This document shows, piece by piece, positions 52,704 to 61,866 of a DNA stretch of 64,000 bases. A model generated the notes under the pieces. That model was not told where the DNA came from. It ran no database searches and was given only the letters and a program-made list of their open reading frames with translations. Position 1 is the first letter of the stretch; each line of letters starts with the position of its first letter. The stretch covers positions 960,001 through 1,024,000 of the forward strand of contig OY970166.1 of NCBI GenBank assembly GCA_963706595.1, read 5' to 3'. This stretch comes from an uncultured cyanobacterium. Lineage in GTDB: Bacteria > Cyanobacteriota > Cyanobacteriia > Cyanobacteriales > Nostocaceae. The translations under genes were made by a program, and so were the position numbers.

Positions 52704-55289
52704 TTACATGATGTTTAATGGGTCTACATCTATAGTTAAACTGACAGAACTAGGACAAAGCGATCGCACTGACTCCCAATCAGGTAAATTTGGTAAAGCA
52801 TCGGGATCAAACTTGAGCATAATTTGCCAACGAAAACGGTTAGCTACCCGCGCAACACTGGCTGGGGCTGGACCGAGAATATCAAAGCCCTCGCTAGAAC
52901 TCAAAGCTGTGGCGATGATTTGGGCTGTGTTCTGGACTTGAATCGGATCTAAACCACTCAAGCGTAATAAAATTAACCGTCCATAAGGAGGATAATTCAG
53001 CGCTTGGCGTTCTTCTATTTCTGTTTGGGAAAAAGACTGATAATCATGTTGTTTTACCGCCCCAATTACCGGATGTTCTGGGGTGTAAGTCTGCACAATT
53101 ACTCGACCGGGATCATCGCCTCTACCAGCCCTTCCGGCTACTTGCGTCAGGGTTTGAAATGCTCGCTCACTGGCGCGATAATCTGATAAATGCAGCAAAC
53201 CATCAGCAGAGACAACACCTACTAATGTCACCTGGGGTAAATCTAAACCTTTGGTAATCATTTGTGTTCCTATTAATAAATGGGCTTCACCGTTAGCAAA
53301 TCGAGTCAATAAGTTACGGTGTGCGCCTTTATTGCGGGTGGTATCACTATCAAAACGAATATAACTCAACTGCGGAAATTGTTTTGCTAATTCTTGGGCG
53401 ACGCGCTGAGTTCCGCTACCAAAGAATTTCAGGTAAGGTGAACCACATTCGGGGCATTGGGGAGGATGCGATCGCGTATAGTTACAGTAATGACAGCGTA
53501 GTATTTGCGGCGCTCCTTCTTCTGTCTGGTGATAGGCTAGCGATACATCACAATGGGGACATTCCATTACATAACCACAGCTGCGACAAGAGACAAAGGT
53601 ACTGTGTCCCCGACGATGGATAAATAAAATTCCCTGTTGTTGCTTCTCTTCTAGTTGCTGTAAAGCTGTTTGTAACGACCTACTAAATATAGAACGATTT
53701 CCCTGCTGTAACTCTAGCCGCATATCGACTAATTCTACCGGTGGTAATGGGCGGGAGTTAATGCGTTCGGGAAGGGATAGGTAATAGGAGTGGGTTGACC
53801 TCTCCCCCAACCCCTCTCCTACAAGGAGAGGGGAGTGAATTTCCCCCATTCCCTTGTAGGGAAGGGGGGTTAGGGGGGTTAGGTCTGAGGCGTTGCTGAG
53901 ATTTACCCAACTTTCTAATGAAGGGGTGGCGGAACCGAGAATTAAAGGACAATTTTCTATTTGGGCGCGCCATTGGGCGACGGTGCGGGCGTGGTAGGTG
54001 GGAATGGGAGAATCTTGTTTAAAGCTGCTGTCGTGTTCTTCGTCTAAGATGATTAAACCTAAATTGGGTAATGGGGCGAAAATGGCGCTGCGAGTCCCGA
54101 TGACAATTTGGGGTTCTCCTGTCAGCATTTGTCGCCAAGTATCGTAACGTTCGCCGGCGGAAAGGGCGCTGTGATAAACGCTGACTTTACCGCCGAAACG
54201 AGCGCGGAATCGGTCTGTTAGCTGGGGTGTGAGGCCAATTTCGGGAACTAAAACTAGGGCGGATTTTCCTTGATTGATTAGCGGTGCGATCGCTTGTAAA
54301 TATACCTCTGTTTTGCCTGAACCTGTAATCCCATGCAACAACACTTGAGCAAACCCATTCAGGGCTTGTATAGTCGTTAAGGCATTTGCTTGATGAGGAT
54401 TTAAAGTTTTGGGGACATCTGGCGCTAATGCTAGTCCCTGTTCTGTTCGCAATACTTCTTTGTCTTCGATGACGATGTAACCCTTTTGTGCCATCGTCTT
54501 CAGGATAGAGGAACTAGCATGACAAATTTGTAATAGTTCACTCTGCCACAATTCTCCGCCACTCCGCCGCAATACTTCCAAAATTTCTCGTTGGCGAGTT
54601 GTTAAATCACCATCAACGCACCAATCAAGGTGACGGCTTTTTGTCTCTTTGGTCGATTTAGTCGCGGTGGTTCTAAATAACTTTCTACTAACCCAAATCG
54701 TAACAACTCCCGCACACCTTTATAGGCTGTTTTGACTTTCTGTTGCAGGTAGGTGAAACTATAGTCTCCGGCTGGTTGAGATTGCAAAAGGTTTAACACT
54801 TGCTGGGCTGCGGGAGTAAGGAAAGTCAAAGATGAGGCAATTTGTCTGTTTATTTCTTCGTTGGAGATCAAGCGAATCCGACGTTGCGATCGCCCCAGTA
54901 ACCCCGGCGGTAATGCCACCCGGATCACCTGAATTAAAGGCGTATAGTAATATGCAGCGACTCGATTTAATAATTCCCAATAGCTCGGAGGGAAGAAACC
55001 TTCGCTGACTATATCCTCTACTTCTTTGATTTTTTCAGGTGGTAGATCGATATTTAGTTCTGTCAATAAACGAATGGCGATCGCTCCTACTTTTTGAGTG
55101 CGAAATGGTACACTTAAAATATCACCGGGTTTGATTTTTAACTGACTTGGTAATCGATAGGTAAATAATCCTGTAGTCTCCTGGACAATCCACCAGCACT
55201 TCAATCCATCGATTTACATTTTCAGCTTCGTAAGTTTCTCCAGGTTCAGCAACCACCAAATTCAGTAAATTTATGCCAGTTTTATACAT
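52704..55289 (-). pseudogene. priA: primosomal protein N' (PriA) with two frameshifts (true pseudogene or assembly errors)
   Basis: G.TGSGKTEVY, DEEHD, SATPS, RRG, four CxxC pairs, QVAGRAGR; frame breaks at ~55178 and ~54618. Confidence 0.85.
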
Positions 55290-55388
55290 AGTTTTGCATT
55301 TTTATAGACAAAGGTTTCTCTTACTTTCATTTATTTATTTAGAGTTCACTTAGCTTTATCAAAACTTTTTCTTTTTTGGATGTAAAAT

Positions 55389-55430
55389 GTATTTGATAAT
55401 ACTTTTGTTTCACATAATACTTGATAAGTT
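55389..55430 (+). promoter_or_regulatory. putative NtcA-activated promoter for sigE
   Basis: GTA-tttgataa-TAC-N22-TAAGTT matches GTAN8TAC-N22-TAN3T exactly. Confidence 0.6.
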
Positions 55431-56084
55431 TCACCTTATGTAATTTACTAGACAATTTTGTCTTCACAATACATGGCATAAATATTTAAAGTCCGCTATG
55501 AAAAATTAAATTCTCTTTCCAGACGATTCTGGAAATAGTCTGACTAACTACTAAATAGGACATATCCTTTTTCAGCCCCTTGATAGATATTCAATCCTTT
55601 GTGTATATGAGATGCTTTTATACAAATAAATTATTTCAGAAAATTAGACTAGTCAAACCGTGTCCTTAAGGAAGCTTTATGTAAATAAGCACCAAACCCA
55701 AAGCAAGACTGTAATTTCTGTAATAATTTCTTACCTGATCAAGCTTAAAAACTTATGTAACTTATAAAAGATTTAAGCTAGGGGGTATTTACTTGAGTTT
55801 TTTATATTTGTTAAGGTGGATAAAGGTTGAGGGGATTTGACATATTTGGGTATTAAGAAAAAAATAAGGAATATCTCTGTTGGAACCTGAGAAGATAGTT
55901 TTTGGGTGCAAAAACCAGTATTTGTTAGAGGTTCTATCTAGCAGGAGCCAAGAAATGACAGCGAGGGGCTGATTTTCACTAATGAATAAGCAATTAGCAA
56001 GAAGATGTATTTTTCTGACAAAGGGGTGCATTTGTTTGTTAGGGAAAACTACCAAAGCTTCAAGCAAGCGGCTGTCACTAAATT

Positions 56085-57254
56085 ATGTACCAAACAAAGC
56101 AACAATCCCTAAAGGAAACTATGAACATTGCTGAATTGGGAACAATGGAAATACTGGAAACTACTGTCGAACATGAAGATCACACACTCGAACTTCTAGA
56201 ACCAGTGGTGGAGTCAGAACCTCCAATCATGGAACATCTGGAATCAGACGAACGTGATGGAGATGACATGGCGGCGGCTCGGCCTTCAGGATACAATAAA
56301 ACCGAGCATGATGATGCTGTAGGCGCGTTTTTTAAAGAAATGGCGCGTTATCCGTTGTTAAAACCCGACGAAGAGGTAGAGTTAGCACGGCGAGTTAGGT
56401 TTCTAGAGGAAGTTAGGGAAATACAAGCTGCTTTGGAATTAAAGCTGGAAGAGCCACCTAGTAAGGTACAAGTAGCCGCACAGCTAGAAATGACCGAAAA
56501 GCAACTAGAAAGTCGCTTGTATCAAGGGCGAGTCGCGAAACGCAAAATGATTCGCTCTAACCTGAGATTGGTGGTGTCAATCGCCAAGCGATACCTGAAT
56601 CGGGGCGTACCTTTTCTGGATTTAATTCAGGAAGGCGCAATGGGTTTAAACCGGGCGACTGAAAAATTTGATCCCGATAAAGGATATAAGTTTTCCACCT
56701 ACGCTTACTGGTGGATTAGACAAGCAATTACGCGGGCGATCGCCAATGATGCGCGAACTATCCGTTTACCTATCCACATTGTTGAAAAACTTAACAAGCT
56801 CAAAAAAGCTCAACGGGAACTCAAGCAAAAACTCTGTCGCAATCCCAACGAAGCCGAAATGGCAGAAGCTTTGGAAATTAGCGTCCAACAACTGCGCCAA
56901 TTACAACAGCTACGGCGACAAGCCCTTTCTCTGAATCACCGTGTAGGTAAAGAGGAAGATACAGAACTGATGGATTTGCTAGAAGATGAGGATAACTTAT
57001 CTCCCGAAGCAAAAATGAATGAAAACATGATGCGTCAGGAGATTTGGGATGTCTTGGGTGATGTGCTAACTCCACGGGAAAAAGACGTGATTTCTTTGCG
57101 CTACGGTTTGACCACCAGCGAACCCTGTACCTTAGAAGAAGTGGGCAATATGTTCAATTTATCTCGTGAACGAGTCCGCCAAATTCAAAGCAAAGCGATG
57201 CGGAAACTGCGTCGTCCTCATATCGCCAAGCGCTTAAAAGGATGGTTAATTTAA
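56085..57254 (+). CDS. sigE: group 2 sigma-70 factor, SigE type
   Basis: [15 protein letters not shown] region 1.2 typical of cyanobacterial Sig[31 protein letters not shown]. Confidence 0.85.
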   Translation: MYQTKQQSLKETMNIAELGTMEILETTVEHEDHTLELLEPVVESEPPIMEHLESDERDGDDMAAARPSGYNKTEHDDAVGAFFKEMARYPLLKPDEEVELARRVRFLEEVREIQAALELKLEEPPSKVQVAAQLEMTEKQLESRLYQGRVAKRKMIRSNLRLVVSIAKRYLNRGVPFLDLIQEGAMGLNRATEKFDPDKGYKFSTYAYWWIRQAITRAIANDARTIRLPIHIVEKLNKLKKAQRELKQKLCRNPNEAEMAEALEISVQQLRQLQQLRRQALSLNHRVGKEEDTELMDLLEDEDNLSPEAKMNENMMRQEIWDVLGDVLTPREKDVISLRYGLTTSEPCTLEEVGNMFNLSRERVRQIQSKAMRKLRRPHIAKRLKGWLI

Positions 57255-57473
57255 GCTCAAGGTGGGTGGCGCTACTTGTTTCTGGTGAAGGTGGGTTACG
57301 CGATCGCTTTAGCGGAGCCATGCCCCTTGGGCTATACCCACCCTACAGTTTTGGGTAATTTATATTTTGGTGTTACCTGAGTTCGGAATTCTGTCTGTAG
57401 TTATTAATTATTAGTCAAAAATTTTACACAATTGACTATAAACTATGGACTATGGATTATGGATGATGGACTA

Positions 57474-57968
57474 ATGAATTCTCGTAGTGATTTGATTTTG
57501 CGTTTGGCTGAACCAGCTGATAGCAACGTACTGTTTGATTTAATTAAGGGGCTGGCTGAGTACGAAAAATTATCTCACGCCGTCACTGGGAATGCTTTGG
57601 ATCTCCAGGAGCATTTATTTGGCTCCCCAAAGTATGTTGAGGCAATATTAGCAGAATATGCAGGGCAAGCTGTTGGTTTTGCCCTGTTTTTTTCTAATTA
57701 TTCTACTTTTCTGACTAAGCCAGGCATTTATTTAGAAGATTTGTTTGTCTTGCCAGAATATCGCCGTCAAGGTATTGGTAAAGCGCTTTTGTCTAAATTA
57801 GCCCAAATAGCTGTAGACCGCAATTGTGGACGCTTAGAGTGGAGTGTATTGGATTGGAATGAGTCGGCGCAGGCATTCTATCGCAGTATGGGCGCTACTA
57901 TTTTAGATGATTGGCGAATTTGTCGCGTCACGGAAGAAGCGATGCAAGAGTTAGCAAATAAAGTTTGA
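57474..57968 (+). CDS. GNAT N-acetyltransferase (SSAT-like)
   Basis: LAEYEK, YST...PGIYLEDLFV.P.YR.QGIG, W.VLDWN..A..FY. Confidence 0.9.
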   Translation: MNSRSDLILRLAEPADSNVLFDLIKGLAEYEKLSHAVTGNALDLQEHLFGSPKYVEAILAEYAGQAVGFALFFSNYSTFLTKPGIYLEDLFVLPEYRRQGIGKALLSKLAQIAVDRNCGRLEWSVLDWNESAQAFYRSMGATILDDWRICRVTEEAMQELANKV

Positions 57969-58097
57969 AGCGGGAAATTACAATATCTTTCATCCAGGTG
58001 AAGTTTGACAGCTTGTCTTTTGACACAGGCAATTCATTCAACTGAAAATTATGAAAGGTATTGTACCGAATCAGCCGTTTTGCAGAGAGAACACGAG

Positions 58098-58430
58098 ATG
58101 AAAAGAATAATTTCCTTGCTACTTTTAGGCATCACTATCTTCACCTTTGCCTTTAGTAGTCCAGCTTTAGCAGCAGATACTGTCAATGGAGCTAAAATAT
58201 TTAGTGCTAATTGTGCTTCTTGTCATGCGGGTGGTAGAAACTTGGTTAAAGCTGATAAAAGTTTGAAAAAGGATGATTTAGAAAAGTACGGTATGTACTC
58301 AGCAGAGGCAATTATTAGTCAAGTTACAAATGGTAAAGATGCTATGCCTGCCTTCAGAGGTCGTTTAAAAGCAAACCAGATTGAAGATGTAGCTGCTTAT
58401 GTGCTGGAACAAGCAGATAAAGGCTGGTAG
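58098..58430 (+). CDS. petJ: cytochrome c6
   Basis: Signal peptide ALA|AD, CASCH heme site, G...MPAF axial Met, AYV...A..GW. Confidence 0.93.
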   Translation: MKRIISLLLLGITIFTFAFSSPALAADTVNGAKIFSANCASCHAGGRNLVKADKSLKKDDLEKYGMYSAEAIISQVTNGKDAMPAFRGRLKANQIEDVAAYVLEQADKGW

Positions 58431-58640
58431 TTAGATCGAGTTTGGTTAATTAGTTATAATTCCCACAGTCATTCCACCCCTCCCCGCCAGCGGAGAGGGG
58501 AGAAATATCAATCTAAAATACTCGCTCTTGCTGCCTATACTCTGGTTAAGCAAATCTAAAATTAAAAATATTAGTTAAATGTTAATAGTGGGCGGAGCTT
58601 TTTTTGGTTAAGTTTACTGCTGCTGAAATTGTCAAATAGG

Positions 58641-59570
58641 ATGCTTATGACTTATTTGTGGCGATTATTTCTCAGTTTAGTGCTGGCTTTTTTGCTCAAT
58701 TGTTCTACAACGAGCGCATATTCATTACCGATTGTCAAGACTCAAATTACAGCCAGTGATTTGTTAAGTTTGGGTGTCAGTAATATGCAAAGTGGTAATT
58801 ATCGAGAGGCGATAGAGAATTTTAACCAAGCGCTGGAACTGCAATCAGATTCTGCTGTGGCTTATACCGATCGCTGTCAGGCTCATCTGCAATTACAAGA
58901 TTACCACCAAGCCGTCACAGATTGTAATCAAGCTCTAAATTTAGCACCAAATAGTCTGGAAGCGTATTTGAGCCGAGGATTAGCACAATATAGACAAGGA
59001 AATGATTCTGCTGCCATTGCTGATTATAACCAAGCGATCGCACTTCATCCAGTCGATTTTCGTGCTTATTATAACCGAGGTTTAGCCCGTGTCGGTGAGG
59101 GAAATTACACCGAGGCGATCGCTGATTACAATTTAGCCCTCACTCAAATTTCCCCAAACACAAGTTCATCCCTCGCCGATATCTACAATGACAGAGGTTT
59201 AGCTCACTTACTCTTGCAAAATTCCCCAGCCGCTATCCTGGACTTTAATCGAGCAATTCGCCTGAATCATCAGGATTTTAGAGCTTACTTTAATCTCGGC
59301 TGTGCTGATGGCAGAAATAGCGATAATGTGAGTGCAATCGGCAATTTTTCCCAAGTTATCAAACTTAACCCTAGCAATGCCTCAGCTTACCTGAATCGGG
59401 GAATAGCTCAATATCGTTTAGGGTATCATCAAGGCGCGATCGCAGACCTAAAAAAGGCATCCGATTACTTTGAAAACCAAGGAAACAGCATCGCCTATGA
59501 AAAAACCTTAGATTTACTCGATAAATTGCGGCAACAACTCCAATTTGTCACCGAAATCGCTCTATTGTAA
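58641..59570 (+). CDS. exported TPR-repeat protein
   Basis: Signal peptide plus about 7 TPRs (AY..RG...AI.DYN.A). Confidence 0.9.
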   Translation: MLMTYLWRLFLSLVLAFLLNCSTTSAYSLPIVKTQITASDLLSLGVSNMQSGNYREAIENFNQALELQSDSAVAYTDRCQAHLQLQDYHQAVTDCNQALNLAPNSLEAYLSRGLAQYRQGNDSAAIADYNQAIALHPVDFRAYYNRGLARVGEGNYTEAIADYNLALTQISPNTSSSLADIYNDRGLAHLLLQNSPAAILDFNRAIRLNHQDFRAYFNLGCADGRNSDNVSAIGNFSQVIKLNPSNASAYLNRGIAQYRLGYHQGAIADLKKASDYFENQGNSIAYEKTLDLLDKLRQQLQFVTEIALL

Positions 59571-59742
59571 AACTATTAACTCTTTGAGCGTCCAAAAAAT
59601 TTCTGCCTCTGGAAACAGATATATAACTACCATCAAATTTAGTGATTATACTCGTTATCATTGATTTAGTGAGAAGGTTAGTCAATAGCTAATTATTTGC
59701 TAACAATAGATGATATATGCTAACAAATGCTAATGTAGGGGT

Positions 59743-60336
59743 ATGGCTTATGTACCACTACGAGAAGCAGTCAAAAAACTGGGACTGCACCCAAACACTT
59801 TAAGGAAGTACGCAGACAATGGCAAGATTGAAAGCATCAAAAACGAAGCAGGACAAAGACTTTTTAACGTTGAATCCTACCTCCGTGGTGCAACTAGAAC
59901 TTCCCTTGTTTGCTACTGCCGAGTTAGTTCAACCAAACAACGAGACGACCTTGGTAGACAAATTGCCTATATGCAATCACTCTACCCAGATGCCGAAATC
60001 ATCAAAGACATCGGCAGTGGAATCAACTTTAAAAGAAAGGGACTGCAAGCCTTACTGGACAGACTTATGCGGGGAGATAAGCTCACGCTTGTTGTTGCCT
60101 GTCGTGACCGACTCGCAAGGTTTGGATTCGAGCTTATTCAGTACATGGTCGAGCAAAACGGTGGACAGCTCGTGGTTCTCGACAACACTGTACACTGCCC
60201 AGAGTCAGAGCTTACCTCGGATCTTCTCTCCATCCTCCACGTCTTCTCTTGTCGGATGCACGGACTCAGGAAGTACAGTAAAAAAATCAAGGAAGATCCG
60301 GATCTTCCTCACAACGGCGCAGAGGCGGATCGTTAA
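59743..60336 (+). CDS. tnpA: IS607 transposase (MerR-like HTH + serine recombinase)
   Basis: HTH LGLHPNTLR.Y...G.I, catalytic YCRVSS..Q, DIGSG.N..R.GL, RDRL.RFGF. Confidence 0.95.
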   Translation: MAYVPLREAVKKLGLHPNTLRKYADNGKIESIKNEAGQRLFNVESYLRGATRTSLVCYCRVSSTKQRDDLGRQIAYMQSLYPDAEIIKDIGSGINFKRKGLQALLDRLMRGDKLTLVVACRDRLARFGFELIQYMVEQNGGQLVVLDNTVHCPESELTSDLLSILHVFSCRMHGLRKYSKKIKEDPDLPHNGAEADR

Positions 60337-61387
60337 ACAGTGGTTTGGTGTGTCCAGGTTTGTTTACAACACTACCGTTAAACTGCTGCAAGACTCTAAC
60401 GTTAAGGCTAACTGGAAAGCGATTAAGACTGACATATTGAATGGACTACCAGAATGGAGTAAATCAGTTCCCTATCAAATTAAATCAATCGCCATCAAAG
60501 ATGCCTGTAAGTCTGTCAGCAATGCCAAGAAAAAGTTTAAAAACGGTGGTGGTATTAGCAAGATTAGATTTAGATCAAGAAAAGACACTGTGCAATCTTG
60601 CTACATTCCCAAATCTGCGGTAAAAGATTTGGGAATTTACCACACTATATTAGGTGAGGCAACCTTTAAAGAAGCCTTACCACAAAGCTTTGGCGACTGT
60701 CGTTTGGTGTTTGCGTACCGTGATTACTATTTGACAGTTCCAGAGGATGTGCCACAACAGAAGTCTGATAACCAAGGACGTGTTGTAGCACTTGACCCCG
60801 GCATCAGAACATTTATCACCTTCTTTTCTGAATGTAGTTTTGGTGAAATTGGAACATCTGCTAATTTGCAAATTCAGAAGCTATGTTTTCGTTTGGATAA
60901 GTTAATTTCTAAATTCACTAAAGCCAAGTGCAAACAAAGAAGAAGGATGAAGCTTGCCGCCAGTAGACTGCGAGGTAAAATCAAAAACCTTGTAGACGAA
61001 TTGCACAAGAAAACTGCTCGATTTTTGGCTGATAACTTTGACATGATTTTACTGCCAACCTTTGAAACATCTCAAATGTCTAAGAAGGCGAAGCGACGGA
61101 TTAGGTCAAAGTCAGTGCGCCAAATGTTAACACTCTCTCACTACCGATTTAAGCAGTTTCTTAAGCATAAGGCTTTTGAGACTAATAAAGTAGTTATGGA
61201 TGTCAACGAAGCGTACACATCAAAAACAGTCAGTTGGACTGGTGAAATCATCCCCAACCTTGGTGGTGCTAAATTCGTTAAGTCTCCATCTGACGGGCAG
61301 GTGATGAGCCGGGACATGAATGGTGCGCGAGGGATTTTCCTTCGTGCATTGGTTGATACGCCCTCTCTTAAGGAGTGTATTTGTTAA
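59819..61387 (+). CDS. tnpB: TnpB RNA-guided nuclease, rearranged RuvC (pro-Fanzor type); start uncertain
   Basis: KIRIF...WFG.SRFVYN, ALDPG.RTF, ILLP, VNEAYTSKT, RD.NGA.GI; typical TnpB homology begins ~60280. Confidence 0.9.
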   Translation: MARLKASKTKQDKDFLTLNPTSVVQLELPLFATAELVQPNNETTLVDKLPICNHSTQMPKSSKTSAVESTLKERDCKPYWTDLCGEISSRLLLPVVTDSQGLDSSLFSTWSSKTVDSSWFSTTLYTAQSQSLPRIFSPSSTSSLVGCTDSGSTVKKSRKIRIFLTTAQRRIVKQWFGVSRFVYNTTVKLLQDSNVKANWKAIKTDILNGLPEWSKSVPYQIKSIAIKDACKSVSNAKKKFKNGGGISKIRFRSRKDTVQSCYIPKSAVKDLGIYHTILGEATFKEALPQSFGDCRLVFAYRDYYLTVPEDVPQQKSDNQGRVVALDPGIRTFITFFSECSFGEIGTSANLQIQKLCFRLDKLISKFTKAKCKQRRRMKLAASRLRGKIKNLVDELHKKTARFLADNFDMILLPTFETSQMSKKAKRRIRSKSVRQMLTLSHYRFKQFLKHKAFETNKVVMDVNEAYTSKTVSWTGEIIPNLGGAKFVKSPSDGQVMSRDMNGARGIFLRALVDTPSLKECIC

Positions 61388-61545
61388 TGAATGTTAGCAA
61401 AAAAGTATCGGAAAACGAGTATCGATAGACTTCTGTGAAGGAATTGTAACAGGCGCAGAACCTCCGCCGTGAAAATGCAGGAGACTAAAGACATATAATG
61501 CTTTCTGCTTTATTATTAATGCCACATTTTAAGCTTGTCACGCCA

Positions 61546-61625
61546 GTAGGGTGCGTTATGGACGCTAGTCCTAACGCGCTGAGAATTGAAGATGGTGCGT
61601 TGCGCTACGCGACAACACACCCTAC
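61546..61625. repeat. GTAG-type REP doublet
   Basis: GTAGGGTGCGTTA...AACACACCCTAC inverted pair. Confidence 0.7.
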
Positions 61626-61866
61626 ACACACTAAAGTCTCCCCTTTCCTTAGCAAGGAGAGGGGTTGGGGGTGAGGTTCTATATTTTATTAAATCCACAT
61701 TCCTTCGTGAGGTAATTTTAGGAAGATTCCCCTCAGTTTTGAATTGAAGTATCGCTTTTTAGGAAGCGGTATTTTTTTGATGAGCGATTATTTTTCGCTT
61801 AGGTAATAATTGGAGAGGAGCAAATTTTTAATAACATTAATTGTTCATTAACAAAAATTTACAGCT

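Larger units (their letters stand above)
59676..61411 (+). mobile_element. IS607-family element (tnpA serine recombinase + tnpB)
   Basis: Candidate GG crossover at 59676-77 and 61410-11; subterminal GCTAA(C) direct repeats on the left and inverted TGTTAGCA on the right; ends inferred. Confidence 0.85.

Noticed and set aside
55720..55734. Second NtcA site upstream of sigE
   Set aside because: Spacing is GTA-N9-TAC, not N8.
59676..59742. IStron (group I intron-IS607 chimera)
   Set aside because: The left end is only ~66 bp before tnpA, too short for a group I ribozyme core.
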